In this document: positions 1-9,893 of the stretch, in pieces
Layout: each line of letters begins with the position of its first letter
Numbering within the stretch: the first letter of the stretch is position 1
IMG/VR virus record: IMGVR_UViG_3300001750_000005
From: a virus
DNA: 64,000 nt
Direction: 5' to 3' (one strand)
Made by a program: the position numbers and the translations under genes
Notes under the pieces: model-generated
What the model saw: only the letters and a program-made list of their open reading frames with translations
Told to the model about the DNA's origin: nothing
Database searches by the model: none

Positions 1-180
1 CGAGATATAGAGCAAATAGGCATGTATAAAGACCTTCCTGTTTATACGTTTAAATATATCTGGAGTGATGAAGAACAAATCGGATTTATGGCTCAAGAGG
101 TTAGAGAGCTATTTCCTGATGCTGTAGTTGAGAAAAACGGTATCCTTCACGTGAATTACGGAGCAGTTTATGCCCATTAA
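1..180 (+). CDS. 3' end of ejection/pilot protein (full copy at 40136-40945)
   Basis: Same sequence as the 3' end of ORF 40136-40945; ends at the TAA overlapping the next ATG. Confidence 0.85.
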   Translation, partial: RDIEQIGMYKDLPVYTFKYIWSDEEQIGFMAQEVRELFPDAVVEKNGILHVNYGAVYAH

Positions 181-1375
181 TCCAAATATCCCCTTAGGCG
201 TTCAAGGAAGTAAATTCGGAGAACTAATAAGTAAAGGGTTCCAGCAATACCAGCAAGCTCAACACACTAAAAGGGTTGATGAGCAGAATAACGCCTTGCT
301 TCTCCTGAAGCAGGAGCAGGCAGCCCAAAAAAACAAAGATATAGAACGTAAGTCAATTCAGCGCCAATTTGCTTCCACTGCTGTTTCACAGCTACTCCCT
401 GCTTACGAAAATGGTGATTTCGGTACTGTTGAGAAAATAATGACTGATGAAATAACCAGACTAGGAGTAGACAATAAAGAGTCTATTCCTATGGAAGATG
501 CTTTAACCGCTCACAAACAAGACCCTCAAAGGGCTTTTAATGCCATTAAACAGATCGTGTCACAAGCAAGGATGGAGAAGCTAATCCCTCAGCAGGAAAA
601 GGGAAAAAGAGTAAATGCACAGATCCCAGGGCAGTCAGGGATAGTCCCGGCTATTGAGACACCTCAAGGGTTTCTTACAGACCCTAAAACAGGAGCTAGG
701 CTTCCTGACGCTATTAAGGCTCCTTCACGCCAGGAGACTGGAGGAGCAGGGTCTTTAACTGGTTCTCAAGAAGGTAAGCTTATATCTGGAAGCATAGAAT
801 CTGAGCAAGCTATTTCTAATACTATTTTATCCATGGAAAGCATAAAAGAGCTTGTGAAAAGTCCTGACTTTATGGGAGGAGTATCTGGAGATATAAACTC
901 TTTAATTAATAGTGGATTACAGCAGATTAAACAAATTACTAAAACTGAAGATATTTTCATTAGAAATCCTGATGGAAAGGTCACACTTGACGAATCTAAA
1001 TTAGGAGATTTAGGGGTAAAAAATATGGGGAGATTTAGAAGGGCCGCTATTAATGATGATAGAGTTGATAGCGCCGTTTTAGATCTAGCTTATACACTTG
1101 CTCAAGTTAGAGACCCTGGAGGAAGATTATCGGATAAGGACGTTGAAGCAGCAGAAAAAACTATAAGGTCTGGAGCAGATAGAGTATCTATTTTAAAACT
1201 TTTAGAAGACACACAGAAAAGAGCAATACAGAAATTTAATTCAGATACTAGGATCTTAAATAAACGTACTGGGGGAAATATTCCTCAAATCTCTATTGAA
1301 GAGATCTTAGGAAATAAACGTGTTGATACAGAAGACGAAGTAGCCGATAGAATCCTTAAGAAGATGGGATTATGA
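170..1375 (+). CDS. Putative DNA ejection/internal virion protein (P22 gp20-like position)
   Basis: 401 aa, Q-rich helical N-terminus, sits between the pilot protein and the large ejection protein. Assigned by synteny only. Confidence 0.6.
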   Translation: MPINPNIPLGVQGSKFGELISKGFQQYQQAQHTKRVDEQNNALLLLKQEQAAQKNKDIERKSIQRQFASTAVSQLLPAYENGDFGTVEKIMTDEITRLGVDNKESIPMEDALTAHKQDPQRAFNAIKQIVSQARMEKLIPQQEKGKRVNAQIPGQSGIVPAIETPQGFLTDPKTGARLPDAIKAPSRQETGGAGSLTGSQEGKLISGSIESEQAISNTILSMESIKELVKSPDFMGGVSGDINSLINSGLQQIKQITKTEDIFIRNPDGKVTLDESKLGDLGVKNMGRFRRAAINDDRVDSAVLDLAYTLAQVRDPGGRLSDKDVEAAEKTIRSGADRVSILKLLEDTQKRAIQKFNSDTRILNKRTGGNIPQISIEEILGNKRVDTEDEVADRILKKMGL

Positions 1376-4071
1376 GAGAGCAATTACTAGAAGCAGTCGT
1401 TAGAAGGGGTGAAGAAGATATAAAGGCTCTTCCTCCTGAAAGACGCTCTGGAGCAGTAAGATCGATTATCCAAAGATTATCTGAGAAAACTGATGATGAA
1501 CTTATCTCATTAGTATCTACTGGTAAAAGGGATATTGATCCTGAATTATTAGGTAAAATTGAAGAATTAAAACCAATGTTAGAAACTCAGGCAGTGAGAG
1601 ACTCAATTGCCAGGGGAAAATTTTCAGGATTTCCAAAGCTTGAGGGTTTTGAGAATGAAGCAAAATTACAAAGCCTAGGGGTTGATACTAAAAGAGAACT
1701 TCCAGCCGGGAGTATTGAATTAGGATTTGGTGACGACCCTGTAAAGGCGGTCTCAAGAGCATTAACTAAGCATTTCAAAAAACCAGTTATCTCTTTTAAA
1801 AGAGGGGAAGATATTCTATATCTAGACCCTACAGATAATGTGCTTGTTAAAGCTAATCCTAATATCTTCGGCGCTGTTGGAAAAGCTCTTCCTATTGCTG
1901 GAGATATAGCCGGAACCATAGGAGGAGGAGCCGTAGGGGCAGTTCTGACTAAGCACCCTGCTGGTATGGTTGCTGGAGAGTCTCTAGGCTCTGGAGCGCT
2001 TACAGGTGGTGCAGAATACCTTAGATTGTACGTAGGTAAAGCCTTAGGGCTTCATGATCTAAGTCATAGCGATATGGCAATAAAAGCAGCAGAAAAGGGT
2101 GGAGATGCCGCTATTGCGACCTTAGCGACAGGAGGGTTAATTTCGGCTGCGAAAGGAGTTAATAACTTCCTTAAAGGAAGGATCTTCACCAAAGAAGCAG
2201 CATTACAACATGGGCTGACTACAAAAGAAGCTGATGCCGTAATAGGGGAGGTCAATAAAATATTAGGCAAGAATGGAGTAAAAGGAACTTTATTTACGAG
2301 AACCGGTGATGTAGTAACTGGATCGTCTGAAGCTCAGGTAAGGAAGAATATTAAACATGCTTCTGATTTTATAGAAAGAGATCTTTCCGATCAAAAAGCA
2401 TTAGTTAAATCACTTGATATCGTGACAAAGCCTGGGAAGGCAGAAGGTGGAAAAGCTATTCAAGATATAGCGGAGAAACAAATATCAAAACGTATCACGC
2501 AGGCAAAAAGCATTGTTTCAGATACAACTCAGAAGCTTGATGATAAGATATCCATATTAGGAAAAACTAATAAAGAGACAGTAGGAGAACCTACTAGAGA
2601 AGTTTTGCTGAGTCAGTCTAAAAAGGCTAAAAAGGGTGTTGAGGACGCTTGGCAATCAGTAAAAACTAAAGGTGGCTTTAATGAAAAGACTGAGTCTTTT
2701 GGTATAAAAATACCCTTAGGAAAGGAAACAGCAAGACGTAGCGACATAATGTTACGCAGATCTAAAGATGCTGTAACAGATATCACAAAACGTCCAATAG
2801 TAAAAAAAGGGTCTCCTGATCTTGCAGACTATAATCGTGAGATATCTGACTTAAAATCAGACCTTAGAGCAGCTAAGAAAAACAAACAGTTCGGAACTAT
2901 CCAGACAAAAGACCTTGACGATGTCATTCACTCATTAGAAGCTGATAGAAGAACCCATCTTGTCCAGATAGGAAGAGGCGATCTAATTGATGAAATAGAA
3001 AAGGCAGAAATTAAAACAGCAAAATTCCATGATGCATTTAATAGAAGTATTGTAGGAAAATTAACAAAGAAGGATGAGACAGGAGTTTTTACGATACAAA
3101 GTAAGAAATTCGTAGATACAGTATTGAAGGGTGATACAGAGTCAGCAAAGCAGCTTCTTGATGTAATAGGGACAAAACCATCCTTAGTTAATATGTGGAA
3201 AGAAGGTATATCAAATGCATATAAGCGTGATGTAATTGATAAAGTAAAGCCTTTTAAAGTAGGATCTAAGATTTCAAATGAACAGAGAAAAGAGGTAGTA
3301 TCTAAAACTGAAAGTTGGATAAGCAAACATAGTGATGTTTTAGGGCAATTCTTTACAAAGCAGGAACTTGGAAATATTAAGCAAACTGGCAATCTAGCTA
3401 TGACTGTTAAAAAACAGATAGCTCAATATAACCAAATTATAAACGGTGCTGCTAAGAAATTCGGAAGAGGAAAGCTAACATCTTTAGATCCAGAGAATCT
3501 TGTTAAATTCGTAACAGGTAAATCAGGAAGCTTTTCGTCTCCGACAGGAAGAGGTGTTGAAGCAACTATTAGTAAAATACGTTATGTGAAAAACATCACA
3601 AAAAATCATCCTGGAGCATGGGGTGAGTTTCAGAAAGAATATTCAACCTCTCTTAGAAAGACTGTTGTAGATCCAGATTCAGGGTTTATAAAACCAAAAG
3701 CAATAAGCGATTGGATAAATAGTCAGTCTGATGAAATCACAGAAGTAATGGGACCAGAATATGCAAAGAATATTAGAAGCATTAATAAAGTCACTCAATT
3801 GCTGAAGGAAAAACCAATTTCTTTAGGTGGCGATGAAACAAGGGCTGGAATAATACAGGCAATAAGGAGCGGTGCTGCTCCTCCACTTACTAGAAGAGGT
3901 AGAGCTTTCACGGCTGCTGTTATCTTCGATAATAAGCGCGCTCATGATGTTATAGCTAAAGCTTTATTAGACCCTACAACAATGAAGAAAGTAGCTAAAT
4001 TAGCAGAACATAAAACATTAAATAGAGAAGCTATTGAGCTTGCTGTTTCACTAGGAATTATAACGGAGTAA
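1372..4071 (+). CDS. Large DNA ejection/internal virion protein (P22 gp16-like position)
   Basis: 899 aa with a Gly/Ala-rich hydrophobic segment (IAGDIAGTIGGGAVGAV...), typical of podovirus ejection proteins; ATGA-coupled to the previous gene. Confidence 0.65.
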   Translation: MREQLLEAVVRRGEEDIKALPPERRSGAVRSIIQRLSEKTDDELISLVSTGKRDIDPELLGKIEELKPMLETQAVRDSIARGKFSGFPKLEGFENEAKLQSLGVDTKRELPAGSIELGFGDDPVKAVSRALTKHFKKPVISFKRGEDILYLDPTDNVLVKANPNIFGAVGKALPIAGDIAGTIGGGAVGAVLTKHPAGMVAGESLGSGALTGGAEYLRLYVGKALGLHDLSHSDMAIKAAEKGGDAAIATLATGGLISAAKGVNNFLKGRIFTKEAALQHGLTTKEADAVIGEVNKILGKNGVKGTLFTRTGDVVTGSSEAQVRKNIKHASDFIERDLSDQKALVKSLDIVTKPGKAEGGKAIQDIAEKQISKRITQAKSIVSDTTQKLDDKISILGKTNKETVGEPTREVLLSQSKKAKKGVEDAWQSVKTKGGFNEKTESFGIKIPLGKETARRSDIMLRRSKDAVTDITKRPIVKKGSPDLADYNREISDLKSDLRAAKKNKQFGTIQTKDLDDVIHSLEADRRTHLVQIGRGDLIDEIEKAEIKTAKFHDAFNRSIVGKLTKKDETGVFTIQSKKFVDTVLKGDTESAKQLLDVIGTKPSLVNMWKEGISNAYKRDVIDKVKPFKVGSKISNEQRKEVVSKTESWISKHSDVLGQFFTKQELGNIKQTGNLAMTVKKQIAQYNQIINGAAKKFGRGKLTSLDPENLVKFVTGKSGSFSSPTGRGVEATISKIRYVKNITKNHPGAWGEFQKEYSTSLRKTVVDPDSGFIKPKAISDWINSQSDEITEVMGPEYAKNIRSINKVTQLLKEKPISLGGDETRAGIIQAIRSGAAPPLTRRGRAFTAAVIFDNKRAHDVIAKALLDPTTMKKVAKLAEHKTLNREAIELAVSLGIITE

Positions 4072-4073
4072 TA

Positions 4074-5075
4074 ATGGCCTACTTACCTATATCAAGAAAC
4101 CTTATCCAGTATGTTGATGGTTCTGGAGTTCCGTACAGTGGTGCTGTTTTAAAGGCTTACAAAGCCGGCACAGCGACAAATCTGCCTATGGCTACAAGCA
4201 CAGCCGGAACCACAACTGCTACCTCAATAGAATTAAATTCATCAGGATATCCTGAGATAAACAGTAATATCGTACTACCTTATATTAATGAGGACTTCAA
4301 ACTAGCTCTATACCCAACACAGTCCGCAGCAGATTCTAATACAGGCGCTGTATGGGTAACTGACAATGTCCCTTTCACTGACTTAGGAACTGACTTTGCA
4401 GCTACTGAAACGGGTACTGGAGACGCTTATGAGATCGCTGTGATACTAGTCCCGCCTACCTACACAGCAGGACAAGAACTGTCTTTTGTCGCCTCAGAGG
4501 CTAATACAGGAGCATGTTCTTTAAATGTAAATGCATTGGGCGCAAAGTCTATAAAACTGGCAGATGGAACAGACCCTTACAATAATGCAATTGTAGCCAA
4601 TATGATTGTTTACGTTAAATACGATGGTACTAACTATCAGTTAATGAATCCACGTGTGTCATATATAAAACCATCATTTAGCGTTCATAAAAATGGAGTA
4701 AGTCAAACATCCGTTGGAACATCGTTAGAAATAATAACATGGTCAACTGAAGAGTTTGACACAAATAATAATTTTGCAAGTAATAGATTTACGCCTACTG
4801 TAGCAGGTAAGTATTTATTATCAGCCTCTTTATATTTTTCTGTAAATTTATTAGGTGATAGTCTTGATGTGGCAATTTATAAAAATGGAGCTCTTTATAA
4901 AAGAAGATTATTTACAACCTCGAATGCTAATTCAAAACTGATGACGGTAACGGCGATTGCTGATGCTAATGGAACATCTGATTATTTTGAAATATTCGGT
5001 GCTAATATAACTTCAGCCGATACCGTTCAAGGCGCCGCCACTAATACTTACTGGAGTGGATGTAAGGTAGATTAA
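4074..5075 (+). CDS. Tail fibre / receptor-binding protein with N-terminal particle-binding domain and C-terminal C1q-like domain
   Basis: N-terminus QYVDGSGVPYSGAVLKAYKAGT resembles phage head/particle-binding domains. C-terminus FSVHKN...ITWSTEEFDTNNNF...FTPTVAGKYLLSASL...IYKNG fits the C1q/TNF jelly-roll pattern. Confidence 0.7.
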   Translation: MAYLPISRNLIQYVDGSGVPYSGAVLKAYKAGTATNLPMATSTAGTTTATSIELNSSGYPEINSNIVLPYINEDFKLALYPTQSAADSNTGAVWVTDNVPFTDLGTDFAATETGTGDAYEIAVILVPPTYTAGQELSFVASEANTGACSLNVNALGAKSIKLADGTDPYNNAIVANMIVYVKYDGTNYQLMNPRVSYIKPSFSVHKNGVSQTSVGTSLEIITWSTEEFDTNNNFASNRFTPTVAGKYLLSASLYFSVNLLGDSLDVAIYKNGALYKRRLFTTSNANSKLMTVTAIADANGTSDYFEIFGANITSADTVQGAATNTYWSGCKVD

Positions 5076-5132
5076 AATTTACAACCAAGATAAATCATCT
5101 TAAATTCCATTCCCCAGTTTTTCCCTTTGGTA

Positions 5133-5161
5133 TTCCAAAGTATTTAATATATTTATACAAT
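5133..5161 (+). promoter_or_regulatory. Possible sigma70 promoter for ORF 5221
   Basis: TTCCAA-17 nt-TACAAT; the region is AT-rich, so this could be chance. Confidence 0.35.
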
Positions 5162-5220
5162 AAAAACATGATCTTCATCACACTTAACATTTAAAAACGC
5201 AACTATACTAAGGATTATAT

Positions 5221-5595
5221 ATGTCTCAACAAGGTGAAGAGATGAACGGACGCAGAGAGATAGATAAGGATACGCCTAGAAAGAATCTAGCGTTATATGC
5301 AACGATATCAATACAAGCTCTGGCTTTAGCTGTTACGTTTGGATATAAAGCTAACGACATTGATAAAATATTGGAGAACGATAGACGGCAAGATATGGAA
5401 ATAAAGGCTGTCGTTACTATTATTGCAGAAAAACATTATGACAAAACAGAACTTGATAGGTTTGTTATTAATCCATTTAAAGATGAAATGAAGGAACTAC
5501 AAGGAGCTATACGAGAAGTAGGGAAAAGTGTAAATCAGATACGAAACACTCAATATAAGTTTATTTCAGAATATCATATAAAAGCACGACAATGA
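5221..5595 (+). CDS. Single-pass membrane protein with coiled-coil tail (holin-like candidate)
   Basis: One hydrophobic segment LALYATISIQALALAVTFGY; last gene of the late operon. Confidence 0.45.
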   Translation: MSQQGEEMNGRREIDKDTPRKNLALYATISIQALALAVTFGYKANDIDKILENDRRQDMEIKAVVTIIAEKHYDKTELDRFVINPFKDEMKELQGAIREVGKSVNQIRNTQYKFISEYHIKARQ

Positions 5596-5703
5596 CAGAC
5601 CAGACATTTAGATTCACTCTACTTTTATACCTTTTTTGGTATAGCGCCTTCCAGGGATAATATCCACGATTTCCCATTCTACTTTCATAATTACTCCTTT
5701 TTA

Positions 5704-5982
5704 TTAATCAGTTAACAATTTTAACCTTTTCTCCAACAATTCAATTTTACCTTTCAGTACTATTACTAACTCATTATCCGAATCGCCAGAGTCAATATAT
5801 TCTTTTAACGCTTCATAGTCAGTTATTAAATCGTTGATAATAGAATCAAAATCCTCTGCATTTTCAGACAATCTTTTCCTGTAATCACTCATTAATTTAA
5901 CCTCATCTTTATCTATTTGCGCATTCATAAAATCAAAGAATCCTGGTGTTCTATTGCAAGATTTTAATTCATTCCTCATCAC
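5704..5982 (-). CDS. Hypothetical protein
   Basis: 92 aa, translationally coupled within the leftward early operon. Confidence 0.7.
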   Translation of the reverse strand: MMRNELKSCNRTPGFFDFMNAQIDKDEVKLMSDYRKRLSENAEDFDSIINDLITDYEALKEYIDSGDSDNELVIVLKGKIELLEKRLKLLTD

Positions 5983-6290
5983 TCCTCCCTAATTGCCTTA
6001 GCTATAATTCCGGATAATTCATAATCACTTGCATCACAAACAAAAACGCCATGGCATATATTCTCTGCTATCTCCGCATCTTTCTCCTGCTGCTCCAGTC
6101 TTGCCTGTTCTATTAATGCGTTCACATAGTCAATTTCATTATTATGTTTAACTGCATTTTTTATATTCACGTTATCACTCCAAACCTTAAATAAATACGC
6201 TTTTACTTCCTTCTCTCTCTGACCTCTATGCACCCATCCTATCCCCCAGCCAAGAAAGAGACCTAGTGAGAAGATAAGGATGTAGATCAT
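5979..6290 (-). CDS. Hypothetical protein with N-terminal membrane anchor
   Basis: MIYILIFSLGLFLGWGIGW hydrophobic start; coupled stop/start. Confidence 0.7.
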   Translation of the reverse strand: MIYILIFSLGLFLGWGIGWVHRGQREKEVKAYLFKVWSDNVNIKNAVKHNNEIDYVNALIEQARLEQQEKDAEIAENICHGVFVCDASDYELSGIIAKAIREE

Positions 6291-6523
6291 TGATGTAATG
6301 AATTAGCAAGCTTGCTTGCAATTGTATATGCGTCTTCTATATACCTTATCTCGCTTATATCCTCAACTTCTAAATTAAGAATTATTTCATTAACTTCCGA
6401 TACTATTAGATCAATAAACTCATTTAGCTCATCTTCGAAGCCATCAGGACACATATCAGTAATTTCTTTCCTTTTATCGCCTTTCATATTACCTCCTAGT
6501 GAAAAAATTAATATACAGATCAT
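6287..6523 (-). CDS. Hypothetical acidic protein (likely start MKGD at 6487)
   Basis: GGAGG Shine-Dalgarno precedes the ATG at 6487. Confidence 0.65.
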   Translation of the reverse strand: MICILIFSLGGNMKGDKRKEITDMCPDGFEDELNEFIDLIVSEVNEIILNLEVEDISEIRYIEDAYTIASKLANSLHQ

Positions 6524-6783
6524 TCAATGTCATCTACTTTCATAGGAAAGCTAACAGTTTTATGAAACATAATAACAAGTTCGACAGCAATCATAACGTC
6601 ATCAATTCCGGCTATTTTCCTAGCCTCTCCTATGTTCTTTCCGTCTTTTGTCATAGCTGCCCAGAATATTTTTTTTACCGATAACGGTAAGTTCTCTGCT
6701 TTTTCGCGTGTTTCTGCCCGTCTTTGTGCTGCTGTTTTAGGTGTCTCAACCACTAGATCTTTCCGTAAGCTTGATATTTTCAT
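6520..6783 (-). CDS. Hypothetical protein
   Basis: 87 aa ORF with RBS (aaggagaagaa) in the coupled operon. Confidence 0.7.
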   Translation of the reverse strand: MKISSLRKDLVVETPKTAAQRRAETREKAENLPLSVKKIFWAAMTKDGKNIGEARKIAGIDDVMIAVELVIMFHKTVSFPMKVDDIE

Positions 6784-6867
6784 TTCTTCTCCTTAGCGCT
6801 ATAAATCATAAAGATATGCAGTAGCTATTATTTTAGAATCTTCATCTCTTCTCATTAGCACGCGTAT

Positions 6868-7158
6868 TTAAAACGGTATCGGATCATTGAAATCATTTGT
6901 ATCTGGTGCAACATTTGCCGCTTGCTGTTGTTGATCCATCGGTTTTAATGATATAGAAATAAATGGTTTATTACTGTCATACCTGGAGAGGATTTCAGAC
7001 AGTAAGCGTTTATCGCTATCTGAAATGTCTTTAGAGAACCAAGCTGACGCCCAGAATCCTTTGTTTGTCTCACCTTTTCCGGTTAGATGCGGATGAGACT
7101 GTTCTTTACGGTCTTTGTTTTTCCATAATGCGAACCTATTACTATTGTCATAACTCAT
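6868..7158 (-). CDS. Single-stranded DNA-binding protein-like
   Basis: Short OB-fold-like protein with Q-rich linker and acidic C-terminal tail DFNDPIPF (SSB C-terminal motif); adjacent to the annealase. Confidence 0.7.
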   Translation of the reverse strand: MSYDNSNRFALWKNKDRKEQSHPHLTGKGETNKGFWASAWFSKDISDSDKRLLSEILSRYDSNKPFISISLKPMDQQQQAANVAPDTNDFNDPIPF

Positions 7159-7772
7159 GATTTTTGCTCCATTAACTTAGTCATTGATGTTCTCTGCTGG
7201 GAATTAAACATTCCCCATAATACAATCTTTTCCTCATTCCCAAATTCGTTCCAAATCTCCAATAAGCCCATAGCGTCCCCTTTAGACAGACAAGATAAGC
7301 TTTGATCAAATACATCTTTTTTGATCTGGTTGGACATTTTAATTACAGGATTAGGTGTTGCCCAATCAGGTAAACTGGGCGGAGTCTCGATTACATAGCT
7401 TCTTCCTTTCTGCTTGATTGGAACCCATACATTTGGTAAGTCATAGAGATATTGTCCTATTCCCCACAAAACAGCAGCCCTTTTGAAGGAATCAGAATAC
7501 TGGCCTTTCTCGGCCTCGTAATCAGTTACCCCAGCCCCGTTAGCCTTCCATATCCATTCTGATTCAACCTTAATCCCTACCTCACAGCAGCCTGTAAAAG
7601 GATAACGACACTGCCAGTTCTCAGGCCCGCAGACCTCATCTAAGCGCCCCATTACGTCCCTTGCATCAATATATGCTAAAGCAATCCCTTTGCTCTTATC
7701 GCTTGTCGTTGCCCCTACACGCCACCTGATAGAATTAACAGGAAAGGGTTTTTTCAATTGCACTAGATCCAT
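7155..7772 (-). CDS. Rad52/Rad22-family single-strand annealing protein (Sak-like)
   Basis: LAYIDARDVMGRLDEVCGPENWQ...EAEKGQYSDSFKRAAVLWGIGQYLYDLP are hallmark Rad52-like phage SSAP motifs. Confidence 0.9.
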   Translation of the reverse strand: MDLVQLKKPFPVNSIRWRVGATTSDKSKGIALAYIDARDVMGRLDEVCGPENWQCRYPFTGCCEVGIKVESEWIWKANGAGVTDYEAEKGQYSDSFKRAAVLWGIGQYLYDLPNVWVPIKQKGRSYVIETPPSLPDWATPNPVIKMSNQIKKDVFDQSLSCLSKGDAMGLLEIWNEFGNEEKIVLWGMFNSQQRTSMTKLMEQKS

Positions 7773-8229
7773 TGTTTTCTCCTAGTTTTAGGTTTAACCA
7801 ATTTACGAAATCATTCATTAAAGGAATGAACTCATTATAATTAATCTTAGTTGATGGATAAACATACATAAAAGCGCTAAATAGCTCTTTTTGATTATAC
7901 TCATCTACATCAACCTCCTCCATGCCCCATCGCCCTCTGTTTTTCTTGAGCATATCCTGAGTATTGTCTTTATGCGTTCCTAAGAACAAGTGATCAGGAT
8001 TTACACAAAAAGGCACATCACATCGGTGACAAACACACAATCCTTCTGGTATTTCGCCAACGTGTAATTCATACGATACCCTATGTGCCGCTAATGTCTT
8101 ATAGTTTACTGTTAAATGGCCATACTTTCCACTGACCAAATAATCAGTCCACAACCAGCAACCTGACTCCGTTACTGGAGTCCATTTTTCATTGAATCTA
8201 TCTATCAATGGCCTAATTTTAGGCACCAT
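7735..8229 (-). CDS. HNH homing-type endonuclease
   Basis: GCWLWT...YG...AHRVSYELH...VCHRCDVPFCVNPDHLFLGTHKDN. Confidence 0.9.
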   Translation of the reverse strand: MVPKIRPLIDRFNEKWTPVTESGCWLWTDYLVSGKYGHLTVNYKTLAAHRVSYELHVGEIPEGLCVCHRCDVPFCVNPDHLFLGTHKDNTQDMLKKNRGRWGMEEVDVDEYNQKELFSAFMYVYPSTKINYNEFIPLMNDFVNWLNLKLGENNGSSAIEKTLSC

Positions 8230-8279
8230 ACTTTCCTCCCAAGTCCTTTAAACAGGCCCAGGCTTCCCATTTAAGACGC

Positions 8280-8543
8280 TCATTCATTACTTAATTCCAG
8301 CGTACCGGTAAAGTTTTCAAAATTGTCCATATCCCAATAATCTGATTGTTTGCCTATTGTATGACGTCCTTTACCATGAACGACAAAACCTATTCCTTTA
8401 GCATGAACGACAAAACCTATCTTGTTGTCTGTAAATAAAACCACTGATCCGCTTAAAAAGCCATCTTTGATCTGCATTAGTTTAGGGTATTTATCTTTCT
8501 CTTTTTCAATTAATATACTTTTCATTGTTTGTCCTCGCATCAA
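8280..8543 (-). CDS. Hypothetical protein with an internal 9-aa duplication
   Basis: IGFVVHAKG/IGFVVHGKG; 27-bp tandem unit at 8367-8420. Confidence 0.65.
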   Translation of the reverse strand: MMRGQTMKSILIEKEKDKYPKLMQIKDGFLSGSVVLFTDNKIGFVVHAKGIGFVVHGKGRHTIGKQSDYWDMDNFENFTGTLELSNE

Positions 8544-8659
8544 TGGCTTGTTCGATTTCGTAAATTAAGATCGGATTTGTGATTTTTTGATCATCTATGT
8601 AATACTCGATTTCGTCAGTCTGACGAATCTCAATTGATGAACCATCTGCAAATTGTATG

Positions 8660-8974
8660 CTATTCATTATCTACTCCTTCAATAGCTAGTTCTTCACAGT
8701 AATCAGAAAATAAAATGTACATTCCGCTACCAACTGTAACATCATCATCTTTTTGCATAGATTCATGTATGCTTTCAAGAAGGTTGGAAGTTTCTTCGTT
8801 TATCTCAATATTCTGAATAAATTCGATAAAAGTCCCAGAATCTTCAAAATATTCCTTCCATTTCTGAGTAATCAATTCATTTCGTTTCTCTGATTCCATT
8901 TCCTTAGTCTCTCTCTGTCTATCCATTATCTCATCATAATGAGGTAGTATTCCTATTGCATCAATTATGTTCAT
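8660..8974 (-). CDS. Hypothetical acidic protein
   Basis: 104 aa ORF in the coupled leftward operon. Confidence 0.65.
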   Translation of the reverse strand: MNIIDAIGILPHYDEIMDRQRETKEMESEKRNELITQKWKEYFEDSGTFIEFIQNIEINEETSNLLESIHESMQKDDDVTVGSGMYILFSDYCEELAIEGVDNE

Positions 8975-9299
8975 TTTTTAACCCTTTCACATTACCATAA
9001 TAACCATGTGCTTTTTCAAGCTCTTGCTCCATTGCTTTTATGACATTTTCTCTTAAATTATTACCTTCAGTATGAACGATATATCCTTTCTTATTAAAAT
9101 ATTCAAGATAAGGAATTCCTTTATTATCGTGATGAAGTCCAATGGCTTTTTTTTCTATCCAATTCAATATCTCTGAATTTTTCTGTGACTCTTCTACTTG
9201 ATAACCTATTTTATCAAGAATATCCTGAAAAGTATCACCATGCCCGTAAGCAAATCCATACTTACTTGCCCATATGATCAATCTTTCTGTATCGTTCAT
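8961..9299 (-). CDS. Hypothetical protein
   Basis: 112 aa ORF in the coupled leftward operon. Confidence 0.65.
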   Translation of the reverse strand: MNDTERLIIWASKYGFAYGHGDTFQDILDKIGYQVEESQKNSEILNWIEKKAIGLHHDNKGIPYLEYFNKKGYIVHTEGNNLRENVIKAMEQELEKAHGYYGNVKGLKNEHN

Positions 9300-9508
9300 A
9301 ATAGTGTCACCCTGTTTTTTGGGAACAAAACTACCGAAAATATAGGGAAATCCATTATCTCATCCCACTTGACCTTCTCTCCGTTTATTACTAAAGCTTG
9401 GTTCTTGATCCATCGTTTTAGCTCTGAGTTACTAGCCTTCCCTGATCGCTCACGGCTCATAAAATGGCAAACTTTATTTAGGTTCATCAATAATTCCCAT
9501 GCATTCAT
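9296..9508 (-). CDS. Small protein with an S4-like RNA-binding motif (start re-called at 9508)
   Basis: ASNSELKRWIKNQALVINGEKV resembles the S4 motif SxSEARRLIxxGxVxVNGxxV; GGAG RBS before the ATG at 9508. Confidence 0.45.
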   Translation of the reverse strand: MNAWELLMNLNKVCHFMSRERSGKASNSELKRWIKNQALVINGEKVKWDEIMDFPIFSVVLFPKNRVTLL

Positions 9509-9567
9509 ACCTACTCCATAATCCTTTCTTGCAAGAGATTTCATATCTTCCGTCAACTTCTTTGCAT

Positions 9568-9849
9568 TCAGTGTTTTGACTTCTCTAACAACTCTTTGAT
9601 TACTTTCAATTCTTTTTTTCTTTCTGTCTTTCCGCAAATATGCACTCCTTCGCAGTCGCACAAATCTTCTTCTAGCCAAAATTCCATCCATTTCCCTGTT
9701 AATTCAAGCGCTTCTACCAATTCAGGAAATAGATTACACATTTTAACTATTGTATTTAAATTATCTTTTGAAAAAACAACAGCAATAGTATCTATATCTG
9801 AATCGTATATTTTATCATTTAATTCATCCTTTAATAAAGGTAACTTCAT
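9568..9849 (-). CDS. Hypothetical protein (CNLFPELVE motif)
   Basis: RBS aggagaaga; shares a motif with the neighbouring ORF. Confidence 0.65.
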   Translation of the reverse strand: MKLPLLKDELNDKIYDSDIDTIAVVFSKDNLNTIVKMCNLFPELVEALELTGKWMEFWLEEDLCDCEGVHICGKTERKKELKVIKELLEKSKH

Positions 9850-9893
9850 ATTCTTCTCCTATAGTTGAGTGTCAGTGTTTTTCTCGAAGACAT

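Noticed and set aside
766-3392. Antisense ORFs inside structural genes (766-984, 1587-1919, 2064-2270, 2928-3392 and similar elsewhere)
   Set aside because: Shadow frames of long sense genes with no RBS or family motifs.
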